From NCBI GenBank assembly GCA_041661385.1, contig JBAZUP010000002.1, positions 14,670 to 78,669 of the forward strand: a DNA stretch of 64,000 nucleotides, read 5' to 3'. The position numbers were made by a program, and so were the translations under genes. A model generated the notes under the pieces. The model worked only from the letters and a program-made list of their open reading frames with translations, did not search any database and was not told the origin of the DNA. Below are positions 37,437 through 46,952 of the stretch, in pieces. Each line of letters begins with the position of its first letter. The stretch's first letter is position 1. This DNA comes from Patescibacteria group bacterium. GTDB lineage: Bacteria > Patescibacteriota > Patescibacteriia > Magasanikbacterales > GWA2-37-8.

Positions 37437-37800
37437 AAACCCCGCATATAGCGGAGTATTATATTTATAGTTGCCAACGAGAATTTCACTCGCTCACTTC
37501 GTTCGCTCTCACGAAAACCTTCGGGTTTTCGTGGACTTTCCTCGGCAAGAGAAAACTCCCGTTTTCTCCCTTTCCCGCTCAATTCCCCAGATCACTAAAT
37601 AAAATACCCCACTTAAAGTGGAGTATTTTATTTTGTAGTCCCAACGGGGAATTTCACTGCTCGGCCTTCGGCCTGCGCTTTGAGAAACCGTTCGGGTTTC
37701 TCAATACTCATCCGCAGCAATGCGGGGAAATACTTTCCCCGCCACCCCTTTGTTCAATTCCCTCGACAGAAATATAAAAACAAAAACCGCCATAAATGGC
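37437..37800 (-). repeat. Two diverged tandem ~170-bp units. Each contains a copy of the 3'-terminal ~21 nt of the adjacent tRNA-Glu, a ~110-nt hairpin-dense segment and a terminator-like hairpin.
   Basis: tRNA gene TAGTCCCAACGGGAATTGAACC (37814-); copy 1 TAGTCCCAACGGGGAATTTCAC (37636-); copy 2 TAGTTGCCAACGAGAATTTCAC (37468-). Units also share GAGAAACCGTTCGGGTTTCTC vs CACGAAAACCTTCGGGTTTTCGTG and CTTTGTTCAATTCCCTC vs CTTTCCCGCTCAATTCCCC. Confidence 0.6.
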
Positions 37801-37813
37801 AGTTTTGTTTTTG

Positions 37814-37885
37814 TAGTCCCAACGGGAATTGAACCCGTATTTTCGCCTTGAAAGGGCAATGTCCTAACCATTAGACGATGAGACC
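37814..37885 (-). tRNA. tRNA-Glu (anticodon TTC)
   Basis: Minus-strand GGTCTCATCGTCTAATGGTTAGGACATTGCCCTTTCAAGGCGAAAATACGGGTTCAATTCCCGTTGGGACTA. Cloverleaf with anticodon loop CTTTCAA and T-arm ACGGG/CCCGT. Promoter TTGACT-17-TATATT upstream on the minus strand (about 37900-37932). A terminator hairpin directly follows. Confidence 0.75.
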
Positions 37886-37987
37886 ATTTTCAATGAGTAC
37901 CAATATATCATAAATTTATAAGAAAGTCAATCTGACCAAGCTGGCATTGGTTGTTTTAATATAATTCTCGTGGAATAATATAATTAT

Positions 37988-38605
37988 ATGAGCAATAGCC
38001 ATAAACAACTAATTAATGATTTGACCGAAAGTGGAGTACTGAAGAGTGAGGCTATAATAAAATCATTTAACAAGATTGACCGTAATGATTTTGTTTCCGA
38101 TGAGTTTCAAAAAATTGCATATTCCGATATCCCATTACCAACCCTTGCTAATCAGACTATTTCACAGCCGACTACTGTTGCGTTTATGTTTGAGTTGCTC
38201 GGCGTGAATTCGGGCGATAAAATACTTGATGTTGGTTCAGGTTCAGGGTGGACTACGGCAATTCTGGCAGATCTCACTGGTCAAAAAGGCCGCGTGTGGG
38301 GTGTAGAAATTATTCCCGAGCTAGTTAAACTTGGGAATAATAATCTTTCTAAATATAATTTTAATATCGCGAAGATTCTGTTTGCAAAAAAGTTAGGATT
38401 ACCAGAAAAAGCCCCATTTGATAAAATATTGGTGTCGGCCGCTGCGGAACGAATTCCCACGGAATTAATAGATCAACTAAAAAAAGGCGGCACAATGGTT
38501 ATTCCGGTCCGGAACTCAATTATAAAATTAACTAAAGACGAGATTGGAAATATATCTGAAACGGAATTTCTTGGGTTTGTTTTTGTCCCGCTTGTTAATA
38601 TTTAG
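37988..38605 (+). CDS. pcm: Protein-L-isoaspartate O-methyltransferase
   Basis: ISQP (substrate motif) and LDVGSGSGW SAM-binding motif. 205 aa. Confidence 0.8.
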   Translation: MSNSHKQLINDLTESGVLKSEAIIKSFNKIDRNDFVSDEFQKIAYSDIPLPTLANQTISQPTTVAFMFELLGVNSGDKILDVGSGSGWTTAILADLTGQKGRVWGVEIIPELVKLGNNNLSKYNFNIAKILFAKKLGLPEKAPFDKILVSAAAERIPTELIDQLKKGGTMVIPVRNSIIKLTKDEIGNISETEFLGFVFVPLVNI

Positions 38606-38611
38606 CTAAAT

Positions 38612-38646
38612 TAAAAAATCCCTCATGCAGAACATGGGGGATTTTT
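38612..38646. terminator. Bidirectional terminator
   Basis: AAAAAATCCCTCATGCAGAACATGGGGGATTTTTAG. Confidence 0.6.
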
Positions 38647-38660
38647 AGTGTGTAAGTTTA

Positions 38661-38945
38661 TTATTTTGCTTCTTTGAGAGCATCCTTAAGAGCTTTACCA
38701 GCTTTGAATTTTGGAACTTTTACGGCTGGGATTTGGATCTTTTCGGTTGGTCTTTGTGGGTTAACGCCGGTACGAGCTGCCCTTTGCTTTACGCTAAAGG
38801 CGCCGAAACCTGTCAAAACCACTTCGTCACCTTTCTTAAGAGTTTCGGTAACGGTGTCTATAAAAGAGTTAATGAAATCTTCACCTTCCCGTTTGGAGAG
38901 ATTAAGTTTTTCTGCTAACACTTGGGCTAAATCAGCTTTGTTCAT
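38661..38945 (-). CDS. hup: HU family DNA-binding protein (paralog 2)
   Basis: 94 aa. GFGAFSVKQRAARTGVNPQRPTEKIQIPAVKVPKFKAGKALKDA is the HU arm. Confidence 0.85.
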   Translation of the reverse strand: MNKADLAQVLAEKLNLSKREGEDFINSFIDTVTETLKKGDEVVLTGFGAFSVKQRAARTGVNPQRPTEKIQIPAVKVPKFKAGKALKDALKEAK

Positions 38946-39130
38946 AATTCACCACCCTTCTATATTATAGGATAAATGTTTGCTTGAATGTGGTAATTAT
39001 AGCATTTTCGCTTTTTTTTGGCTATGATTAGCAAATTTACTTGTCCACAGGGCTTCGCCTTCGGCTACGCCCTGTAAACGAGATAAAGAATCATTGTGAT
39101 TTATAGTGCATAGCCCCATGGGGCGACGCA

Positions 39131-40660
39131 CTATTTTGCGTATTCTACAACGCGAGTTTCGCGGATAACAGAAACGCGAATTTCGCCAGGATATTTGAGT
39201 TCTTGTTCGATTTTATGAGCAATATCTTTCGCGAGTTGAAAGGCAGAATAATCATCGATTTCATTTGGTTTAACAAACACGCGAACTTCTCGTCCGGCTT
39301 GAATGGCATAAACTTTGTCAATTCCCGGGAAGCCGCTCGCAGTTTTTTCGAGGTCTTGAAGACGGGCAATATATTGTTCGTAGCTGTCGCGACGCGCGCC
39401 AACTCTCGCGGCAGAAATAGCGTCAGCGGCTTTCGCAATCGTTGAATAAATATTGAAAGGCTTATCGTTGTGGTGGGTGAGGGCGGCCTGACAAATATCT
39501 TCATCCATGTTGAATTTCTTCAAAATCATGTTGCCGATTTCCGGATGAGAACCTTGGGTTTCGTGGTCGACAGATTTTCCAATGTCGTGGAAGAAGCCGC
39601 ATTTTTTGGCGAGCGCGGCGTTTAGACCAAGTTCAGAAGCGATGAGGCCGGATACATGTCCGACTTCCATGGAATGGTTCATTACGCTTTGGCCGTAGCT
39701 GGTTCGATATTTAAGGCGGCCAACAATGTTAACTAATTTTGGATCAATTCCGGTAATACCCATTTTGTAGAGTGCTTCTTCACCGGCTTTTTTAATATCA
39801 AGCGATAAATCTTGTTTGGCTTTTTCGACAAACTCTTCAATACGAGCCGGTTGAATGCGGCCATCCAAAATAAGTTTTTCAATCGCGAGTTTGGCGATTT
39901 GTCGGCGAATAGTTGAGAAGCCGGAAATCATAATGGAGTCCGGGGTGTCATCAATAACGATTTCACAGCCAGTAAGTTTTTCAATAGTTTTGATGTTGCG
40001 GCCTTCTTTGCCGATAATACGTCCTTTCATTTCTTCACTTGGAATATTTACCATGGAAGAAGTATTTTCTGCGGCGTGTGAAGCGGCGCAGCGCTGGATG
40101 GAATCAACGATTATTTCTCTCGCTTTGTCGTCGTAAACTTCCGTGGATTCTTTTTCGAGTTTCATAATTCGGCCGAGGAGGTCGGACTTGCTGGTTTCTT
40201 CTACTTTCTTAATTAACATTTCAACGGCTTGCTCGCGGGTCATGGAAGCAACCTGTTGCAAGGTGGCGATTTGTTGATCGCGAATTTTTTCGATTTCAGC
40301 TTTGATCAAAGTTACTTTGTCGATTTTTTCCTGCAACTTGGTTTGTTTGTCTTGCAGCTCGAGTAATTTCTGGTCAAAAGTCGTTTCTCGTTTTTCCAAT
40401 CGTTGTTTTTCAACAGAAAGTTCTTGGCGCATTTTTTGTTCTTCCTTTTTGGCTTCATCTAGGAAGTGAACGGCCTTTTCTTTTGCTTCCAGAATTATGG
40501 TCTGGTATTTGTTTTTTGCTTCCGTTAACATTTGCTCGGCTTTGGCCTCTAGGGAGTTAACCTGGGCTTGAGCGACTTTTTTGCGTAAGAAATATCCAAA
40601 CGCAGTTCCGGCGCCACCTCCGGCAATCATTAACACTACTGCTAATAATGTGCTGTCCAT
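39131..40660 (-). CDS. rny: Ribonuclease Y
   Basis: N-terminal TM anchor, long coiled coil, KH domain (GRIIGKEGRNIK), HD domain (HSMEVGHVSGLIASELGL...FFHDIGK). Confidence 0.9.
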   Translation of the reverse strand: MDSTLLAVVLMIAGGGAGTAFGYFLRKKVAQAQVNSLEAKAEQMLTEAKNKYQTIILEAKEKAVHFLDEAKKEEQKMRQELSVEKQRLEKRETTFDQKLLELQDKQTKLQEKIDKVTLIKAEIEKIRDQQIATLQQVASMTREQAVEMLIKKVEETSKSDLLGRIMKLEKESTEVYDDKAREIIVDSIQRCAASHAAENTSSMVNIPSEEMKGRIIGKEGRNIKTIEKLTGCEIVIDDTPDSIMISGFSTIRRQIAKLAIEKLILDGRIQPARIEEFVEKAKQDLSLDIKKAGEEALYKMGITGIDPKLVNIVGRLKYRTSYGQSVMNHSMEVGHVSGLIASELGLNAALAKKCGFFHDIGKSVDHETQGSHPEIGNMILKKFNMDEDICQAALTHHNDKPFNIYSTIAKAADAISAARVGARRDSYEQYIARLQDLEKTASGFPGIDKVYAIQAGREVRVFVKPNEIDDYSAFQLAKDIAHKIEQELKYPGEIRVSVIRETRVVEYAK

Positions 40661-40950
40661 ATTGTTATAATGAAAAAAACCTCAATAATTTGAGGATATC
40701 AAGTGAAGTTAAAGCAAAAATTACCACCCCGCGGATGTTTATTGAGTTTTTTTGGTTGATTTGTTTTGAAGACTATTTGCCGGGTGAATTGTAATTGTCA
40801 TAGTAATTCCGAAATCTCTCGATTCATGACTTTTTTCTGCTAAAAAGGCTAGATATCCAATAAATTAATTACATTGTAAGGTGCGAAAGAATGATTAAAT
40901 TATTTCCTTTCGCTGGTTTTACTTTAGCAGGTTTGGGTCACTTTGTCAAC

Positions 40951-40980
40951 GAAAAACCGCCTTTAGGGCGGTTTTATTGG
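40951..40980. terminator. Bidirectional terminator-like hairpin in the 450-bp rny/truB intergenic region
   Basis: GAAAAACCGCCTTTAGGGCGGTTTTATTGG. Confidence 0.5.
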
Positions 40981-41111
40981 GTTTGTATAAGACTGGCGTT
41001 GGCCGCCGCGGAGCGTACAGGAAGGGCGCAAAGCGTCTTCCCAGCTTATACCGGTGCGACCAACGCCATCTTCTTATAGTAGAGTGAATTGAGCGAATCT
41101 AAAACCAACTG

Positions 41112-41783
41112 TCAAGAGATTTTTAATATATCAGAATCGGAAGGTTTTTTTGCATCTTTTAAGTTGTATTCGCCAATTGCGGTTCTAACCAGTTCTTCGC
41201 AATAAGCTCCGACGCCAAGTTTTTCACCGATATCGCGGGCGAGCGTTCTTATATAGGTGCCGGTCGAGCAGGCGACCTCAATTTTGAGGAGCGGATATGA
41301 ATAACTAAGCAGTTTTAAAGAGTGTATTTCTATTTCATCGGGCTGTCTTTCAATTGTTTCGCCCTTGCGCGCTAGTTTATATAATCTTTGGCCGGCGACT
41401 TTTTTCGCCGAAAACATCGGCGGTATCTGTTGTTGTTTGCCGACAAAATCAGCAAGGGTTTTTTCAACTTCTTTTGTTAGCGGCTCTTTTTCAGAAATTA
41501 AAGAAATTTCTCCGGTTTTGTCATCGGTATTAGAAGTAGCGCCCAAATGAATCGTCGTTAAATATGTTTTTGGTAAATTTTTAAATTCATCAAGTCGCTT
41601 TGTTGCTTCGCGTCCGATACCGACAATAAGAAGGCCGGTAGCGAATGGGTCGAGTGTGCCGGCGTGGCCGACTTTAATATTTTTTAATTCCGGGTTTTCT
41701 TTTTTTATTTTGTTACGCAAAAAGCCAACCACATCAAAACTGGTCCAACCTTCGGGTTTGTTTACTAAGATAAAATCTTTCAT
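41112..41783 (-). CDS. truB: tRNA pseudouridine(55) synthase
   Basis: LVNKPEGWTSFDVV ... VGHAGTLDPFATGLL catalytic Asp motif. 223 aa (short form without PUA). Confidence 0.9.
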   Translation of the reverse strand: MKDFILVNKPEGWTSFDVVGFLRNKIKKENPELKNIKVGHAGTLDPFATGLLIVGIGREATKRLDEFKNLPKTYLTTIHLGATSNTDDKTGEISLISEKEPLTKEVEKTLADFVGKQQQIPPMFSAKKVAGQRLYKLARKGETIERQPDEIEIHSLKLLSYSYPLLKIEVACSTGTYIRTLARDIGEKLGVGAYCEELVRTAIGEYNLKDAKKPSDSDILKIS

Positions 41784-41986
41784 AGCCTCGTCATTCTAGC
41801 TTTATTTTATTAATTAATCAATTATCAACAAAAAAATCCCTTGAAAGAAAATATAATATATGCTAGCATGAAGTATCCTTTTTTGGTTTTGTTCTTTCTT
41901 TGGCTGCGTGCTGCTTGTTGTGAAGAAGTTTTATTCACAAAGTGCAGTACGTAGCAAAACAGCGAACCATCATCCGGAGGCGGAAG

Positions 41987-42163
41987 ATGAATGATGCGAT
42001 TGAGGGCGGTGCTTTCATGGGTAGGTCTCTAGATCGGGGGAATGTCGCCACCAGTGGAAAGAAGCGAAGTCTTCACAATCTCGCAATCGATTTGTTTGCC
42101 CTCATGATGGGGCTTACGATGTGGCTCATCATTGTTGCCGTCTTCGTGGGTTTTGCCCACTAG
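41987..42163 (+). CDS. Small hypothetical protein (58 aa) with a C-terminal TM helix, in a GC-rich islet
   Basis: ATG preceded by GGAGG. TM helix LFALMMGLTMWLIIVAVFVGF. Followed by its own terminator. The track ORF starts at 41942. Confidence 0.35.
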   Translation: MNDAIEGGAFMGRSLDRGNVATSGKKRSLHNLAIDLFALMMGLTMWLIIVAVFVGFAH

Positions 42164-42226
42164 GTTCGCGAAAGTTGCGCGGGTAGTTAGTCTTCCCGCC
42201 TAAGCTCTTCGGAGCTTTGCTTAAAA

Positions 42227-42267
42227 GGGGTCGGTGTTGTTTTATGGCACCGACCCCTCCTTCTTAT
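42227..42267 (+). terminator. Intrinsic terminator
   Basis: GGGGTCGGTGTTGTTTTATGGCACCGACCCC followed by TCCTTCTTATT. Confidence 0.6.
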
Positions 42268-42398
42268 TAGTTTTAATTTGTTGAAGCTAGTAACAATGAA
42301 AAACATCCGAAATCATTGAGTATTTAATTTTGGCTTGGTTGACTTAAATACGAAATAGATATATAATAAGGCAACTTTTATTGATTTATTTCTGTACC

Positions 42399-44411
42399 AT
42401 GAATGTATCAGAACTCGCTAGACAACTCCGAATCCATCCACAAAAACTCCTTACAATTTTACCGGAGTTTGGTTTTGATATCGGCGTCCGGGCCGTAAAA
42501 ATTGACGATCGCGTTGCTCAGCAGATCCAGCGTGATTGGAAACGTATTAAGTTTGTTTTAGAAAAAAAGGAAAAGGCTGAAAAAGAAAAGCAAAAAGAAT
42601 TGGAAAAAGAAGCCCGCAAGAGCAGCGGTGCGAGTGTTGAAATTCCTTCCGTGTTAACCGTGCGCGAACTTGCCGAGCGACTATCACTTCCAACCACCAC
42701 TCTTATTAAAGAACTCATGAAGAATGGTATTCTTGCCACTCAAAATGAAAATATCGATCGTGATACAGCAATAATTTTAGCAGAAGATCTTGGGTTTGCT
42801 GTTAAACAAAATGAAAATAAAGTTGAAGATGCAGTAAATGAACATATTGAAGGTCTTGAAACATCACTCAACGCCGGCAATTTACAATCCCGTGCGCCGG
42901 TAGTAGTTGTTATGGGTCACGTCGATCATGGAAAAACCAGTTTACTGGATGCAATTCGCCATACCAATGTTATCGCCGGAGAAGCCGGAGGTATTACTCA
43001 GCATATCGGCGCGTACCAGGTGATTTGGACTAATCCTAAAACCAAAAAGAAAGACAATCTTACTTTTATTGATACACCAGGCCATGAGGCTTTTACTGTC
43101 ATGCGTAGCCGTGGCGCCAAGGTTGCCGATATCGCGATTTTGGTTGTTGCCGCCGACGATAGTGTTAAACCTCAAACCGTGGAAGCAATAAATATTATCA
43201 AAGCCGCGAAGCTTCCGTTCATCGTTGCGATTAACAAAATTGATAAACCAGGAGCTGATGGTAAAAAAGTTCGCTCCGATCTTTCACAACATAACATTCT
43301 TACCGATGATTGGGGTGGGGAAGTGCCGGTAGTAGAAATGTCCGCCAAACAAAAAATCGGTATTGATAAATTACTTGATACGATTTTGATTGTTGCTGAC
43401 ATGGAAGAAAAAAATATTAAAGCCGATCCAGAGCGCCCCGCCGCTGGTACTGTCATTGAAGCGCACGTCGATAAGGGTGCTGGTCCGGTTGCGACTATTC
43501 TTGTTCAAACTGGAACACTCCGAGTAAACGATCCGCTTATTATCAATGGTGAAATATACGGCAAGGTTAGAGCGCTCAAAAATCACCGTGGTGAAAATAT
43601 TGAATCTGCTCCGCCGAGCACCCCAGCCCGCATTCTCGGTCTCAAAATCGCTCCGGCGGTAGGTGATGTATTAGATCTTAGTAGAGCAGGCGGCGCCGAA
43701 CAGGTAAATGTACGTAGTAAAAAATCGCAGCAGACCGGTGCCGAACAAACTCCTATTAAGCCCGTTGATGACGAAGCTGATGAAAATAAGCATGTGTTGA
43801 ATGTCGTGGTAAAAGCCGACACTCTTGGTTCACTTGAAGCGATTGTTGGTTCGCTTGAAACTATTAAAAATGATGAGGTTAGCGTAAAGGTGGTTGCCAA
43901 AGGCCTTGGCAATATTACTGCCGACGATGCCACTCGCGCCAAAACTACCGATGCGCTTTTGTTTGCTTTCAATGTCACTACTAATTCCGAATCTTTTGAA
44001 ATGATTCAAAATAGTGAAGTGAAATTTTTTGAATATAAAGTTATTTACGATTTACTTAATAAAGTAAAAGAAAAGCTTGAAGAACTTCTAGTGCCGGAAA
44101 TTATTACCACTGAACTTGGTAATTTCAAAGTCGTTGCTATTTTTCGTACCAACAAAGGTGGTATGGTGGTGGGTGGACGGGTTGAAAATGGAAAACTTAT
44201 TAAAGATTCAAAATTACGCGTTAAAAGAAAGGGTGAAGAAATCGGCGCCGGCAAACTCGCCGGTTTACAATCTGGTAAGCAGGCAGTAAATCAGGTTCCG
44301 TCTGGCAGTGAGTGTGGACTTGAATTCTCTGGTAAGCTAAAATTGGAAGAAGGGGATGTACTGGAAGCCTATACCGAAGAAAAGAAATATAAAAAATTAA
44401 TACTTAAATAG
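42399..44411 (+). CDS. infB: Translation initiation factor IF-2
   Basis: G domain [29 protein letters not shown], plus beta-barrel domains. The ORF is open from 42381; start placed at MNVSELARQ. Confidence 0.95.
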   Translation: MNVSELARQLRIHPQKLLTILPEFGFDIGVRAVKIDDRVAQQIQRDWKRIKFVLEKKEKAEKEKQKELEKEARKSSGASVEIPSVLTVRELAERLSLPTTTLIKELMKNGILATQNENIDRDTAIILAEDLGFAVKQNENKVEDAVNEHIEGLETSLNAGNLQSRAPVVVVMGHVDHGKTSLLDAIRHTNVIAGEAGGITQHIGAYQVIWTNPKTKKKDNLTFIDTPGHEAFTVMRSRGAKVADIAILVVAADDSVKPQTVEAINIIKAAKLPFIVAINKIDKPGADGKKVRSDLSQHNILTDDWGGEVPVVEMSAKQKIGIDKLLDTILIVADMEEKNIKADPERPAAGTVIEAHVDKGAGPVATILVQTGTLRVNDPLIINGEIYGKVRALKNHRGENIESAPPSTPARILGLKIAPAVGDVLDLSRAGGAEQVNVRSKKSQQTGAEQTPIKPVDDEADENKHVLNVVVKADTLGSLEAIVGSLETIKNDEVSVKVVAKGLGNITADDATRAKTTDALLFAFNVTTNSESFEMIQNSEVKFFEYKVIYDLLNKVKEKLEELLVPEIITTELGNFKVVAIFRTNKGGMVVGGRVENGKLIKDSKLRVKRKGEEIGAGKLAGLQSGKQAVNQVPSGSECGLEFSGKLKLEEGDVLEAYTEEKKYKKLILK

Positions 44412-44538
44412 TAATTTATCGCCGGGCTTTGGGGGCATTGCTTGGCATAATTTATAAATCGTATAGGGGCTTCGCCTCATATATTCTCATTCATTCGGAA
44501 ATGAAAACACATTTTCATTTCTCTCATTCATTTCGAAT

Positions 44539-44859
44539 ATGGAACATACATTTACCGATGCAAACTTCAATGATGAAGTTATCAAATCTACAACTCCGGT
44601 TTTTGTAGATTTTTGGGCGCCGTGGTGCGGGCCGTGTCAGATGATGGGGCCAATTGTGGCAGGACTCGCAAAAGATTTAGATGCTACCAAAATAAAAATT
44701 GGAAAATTAAATGTTGATGAGAATCCAGAAAAAGCCGGGGAGTTCAATGTCATGAGTATTCCGACCTTTTTGATTTTCAAAGGTGGAAAAGTAGTCGACC
44801 AAGTGGTTGGCGGTGTGCAAAGAGAAAAGATTTTGGAAGTTATCAATAAACACATCTAA
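44539..44859 (+). CDS. trxA: Thioredoxin
   Basis: WCGPC active site. 106 aa. Confidence 0.9.
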   Translation: MEHTFTDANFNDEVIKSTTPVFVDFWAPWCGPCQMMGPIVAGLAKDLDATKIKIGKLNVDENPEKAGEFNVMSIPTFLIFKGGKVVDQVVGGVQREKILEVINKHI

Positions 44860-44871
44860 AAAATTCGCATT

Positions 44872-44905
44872 TCAAAAAGACCAGTGAAGCTGGTCTTTTT
44901 TTATT
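44872..44905 (+). terminator. Intrinsic terminator after trxA
   Basis: AGACCAGTGAAGCTGGTCT followed by TTTTTTTATT. Confidence 0.7.
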
Positions 44906-45300
44906 CTCGCTATCCCCGCCTACAACGCTTTGCGTAGCAATGCGGGCAGGGCTCAATCAATTTTAAGTTTACCATATATTCAATTTTCCTTAGCCCTGCC
45001 GGCGGCATCACTTTTCATAACTGAAAAGTAATCAAAAGGTTCTGGGGGCCGGCAGAACTCGTCGTGCGAACTCCTCAAACAGCTGGCGGCCCCCAAACCC
45101 CCGTTGGGTAATTAGTTTGTCAGCTTCGATTCCGAGCATATGTGAAACGACTGCAAACTTCCCGGCGAAATTAGTTTTTTCAATGCGACTTTGTACTTTT
45201 GAAAAAATCGTTAAGATTGAGCCGAGGAATTTGCGGAGTGGAGCATCAGCTCGGCGCCTTTTGGGCTCCACCCGTTTTGGGCGCACAAAATGGGTGGAAT
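44906..45300 (+). repeat. Copy A of a ~395-bp GC-rich hairpin-dense repeat (candidate structured RNA element)
   Basis: Near-identical over ~200 nt to 52955-53160, then ~70% identical with indels. Contains at least 5 strong stem-loops. ORFs 45117-45302 (+) and 45032-45364 (-) inside it are probably artefacts. Confidence 0.7.
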
Positions 45301-45399
45301 AGACAAATGAATAATAGATAACTAAACTAAAAGAGCGGCAGTTAAAAAATATTGTAATAGACAAGCGAATAAGCTAGAATAGCGAAGCTATCTTTATAT

Positions 45400-46014
45400 A
45401 TGTCTGAACTTCGGGAAGACAAAATAAAACCAGTTTTATTCTGTGATTTTGATGGAACTATTTGTCATGATCGATATTGGAGAAGTCTACCATCAGAAAT
45501 ATATGAAAAAGTGCAAAGTCTTCTTTTTGGTCTAGACAAGATCTTCATAAACGACTGGATGAGAGGAAAATATACAGCTGAAGAAGCCAATGAATATGTT
45601 TCAAAAAAAATCGATTTTCCATTTGAAGAACTTTGGAGTTTATTTGTGAATGACTGTAAAACAATGAAGGTAGATTCAGCTGTGCTAAACAAACTATCTG
45701 CATTGCGGAACGATTATAGAACTATTCTTTTGACTGGTAACATGGATAGCTTTTCAAGGTTTACAGTGCCGGCTCTGGAATTAAATAAATATTTTGATCA
45801 TGTCAGTAACTCGTATTATGAAGAAAAACACAAAACGGATAACAATGGCGAAATTTTTGTAGAATATTGTAATAAATTTAAAACGAATGTTTCCAATTCA
45901 GTATTAATTGATGATTCGCCAAAAGTTTGCCAGATATTTGCACATCTTGGTGGTACGGTAATGCAAATTACCCCCGAGACAGACATAAATTATTTTTTGG
46001 AAAATTCATTTTAA
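45400..46014 (+). CDS. HAD-superfamily hydrolase
   Basis: FCDFDGTI (DxDGT motif I) at the N-terminus. Motif II/III-like LLTGN and IDDS. Confidence 0.65.
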   Translation: MSELREDKIKPVLFCDFDGTICHDRYWRSLPSEIYEKVQSLLFGLDKIFINDWMRGKYTAEEANEYVSKKIDFPFEELWSLFVNDCKTMKVDSAVLNKLSALRNDYRTILLTGNMDSFSRFTVPALELNKYFDHVSNSYYEEKHKTDNNGEIFVEYCNKFKTNVSNSVLIDDSPKVCQIFAHLGGTVMQITPETDINYFLENSF

Positions 46015-46018
46015 AAAT

Positions 46019-46918
46019 ATGCCCGAACTCCCGGAAGTTGAAACAATAAGACAAGACCTGCGAAAAAAGATCATGAACAAAAAAATTGTTCAACTTAAAG
46101 TTGTTCGCGAAAAATCTGTTTTGAGCATGGTCACCAATTTTGTTCATGCCATAAAAGGAAACGAAATAAAAGAAATTGACCGCCGGGGCAAGCTGATGAT
46201 TTTCCGTTTAAAGAAAAGTTTTAAACCAAAAAACCATAAAGAATCTTTTACTTCCATTTTGGTTCACCTCAAAATGACCGGCCAACTTATTTACGAAAAA
46301 AAAGTACATAATAAAGTTGAGGTTATTGCCGGGGGACACAGTTTGACCGAAAAGGATTTTGATTTGCCGAATAAACATACCCAAATTATTTTCACTTTCT
46401 CCGACAAAGGAATATTATTTTTCAACGACCTGCGCCGGTTTGGTTACATGAAACTTGCGACTGATGGGGAAGTCGAAACCGCTTTGCTACGCTTCGGCAT
46501 TGAACCTCTTACTAAAAATTATACCTTTGACGCTTTTGTAAAAGCACTGGGTAAACGAAGAGTTTCTATCAAAGTCGCCCTCATGGATCAGCCGCGAATT
46601 GCCGGCATTGGAAATATTTATGCCGACGAGGCTTGTTTTGCGGCCGGTATAAAACCAACTCGTCATGTGAATGCTTTAAAAAAAGACGAAGTGAAAAAAC
46701 TTTTTGATTGTATTTCAAAGATAATAAAAAAAGCTATTGAACATCGTGGCACAACTTTTAAGGATTATATGGATACTGAAGGCAAAAAGGGGAACTATAC
46801 CGATTTCCTAAAGGTGTATGGTCACGGTGGAGATAAATGCCCGCGATGCGGCAAAGTAATTCAAAAGATAAAAAGCAACGGCCGGGGCACGCATTTCTGC
46901 GCAGGCTGTCAGCATTGA
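46019..46918 (+). CDS. mutM: Formamidopyrimidine-DNA glycosylase
   Basis: N-terminal MPELPEVE catalytic Pro/Glu. H2TH. C-terminal zinc finger CPRCG...CAGCQ. Confidence 0.9.
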   Translation: MPELPEVETIRQDLRKKIMNKKIVQLKVVREKSVLSMVTNFVHAIKGNEIKEIDRRGKLMIFRLKKSFKPKNHKESFTSILVHLKMTGQLIYEKKVHNKVEVIAGGHSLTEKDFDLPNKHTQIIFTFSDKGILFFNDLRRFGYMKLATDGEVETALLRFGIEPLTKNYTFDAFVKALGKRRVSIKVALMDQPRIAGIGNIYADEACFAAGIKPTRHVNALKKDEVKKLFDCISKIIKKAIEHRGTTFKDYMDTEGKKGNYTDFLKVYGHGGDKCPRCGKVIQKIKSNGRGTHFCAGCQH

Positions 46919-46952
46919 TTTTTTTGCGAGGATTAGGTAAGATTCTTTCATT

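Noticed and set aside
37437-37800. Possibility that the tandem units near tRNA-Glu are a CRISPR array
   Set aside because: Units are ~170 bp and only ~70% similar. There are no short identical repeats separating unique spacers, and no cas genes.
40891-41079. 62-aa plus-strand ORF in the rny/truB intergenic region
   Set aside because: No RBS. It runs through a terminator hairpin (40953-40975) and a GC-rich stretch.
45032-45364. ORFs inside repeat copies A and B: 45117-45302 (+), 45032-45364 (-), 53125-53391 (-), and the 53235 N-terminal extension
   Set aside because: The two copies differ by indels that shift the frames while keeping hairpin complementarity. So the conservation is at the RNA/DNA-structure level, not the protein level.
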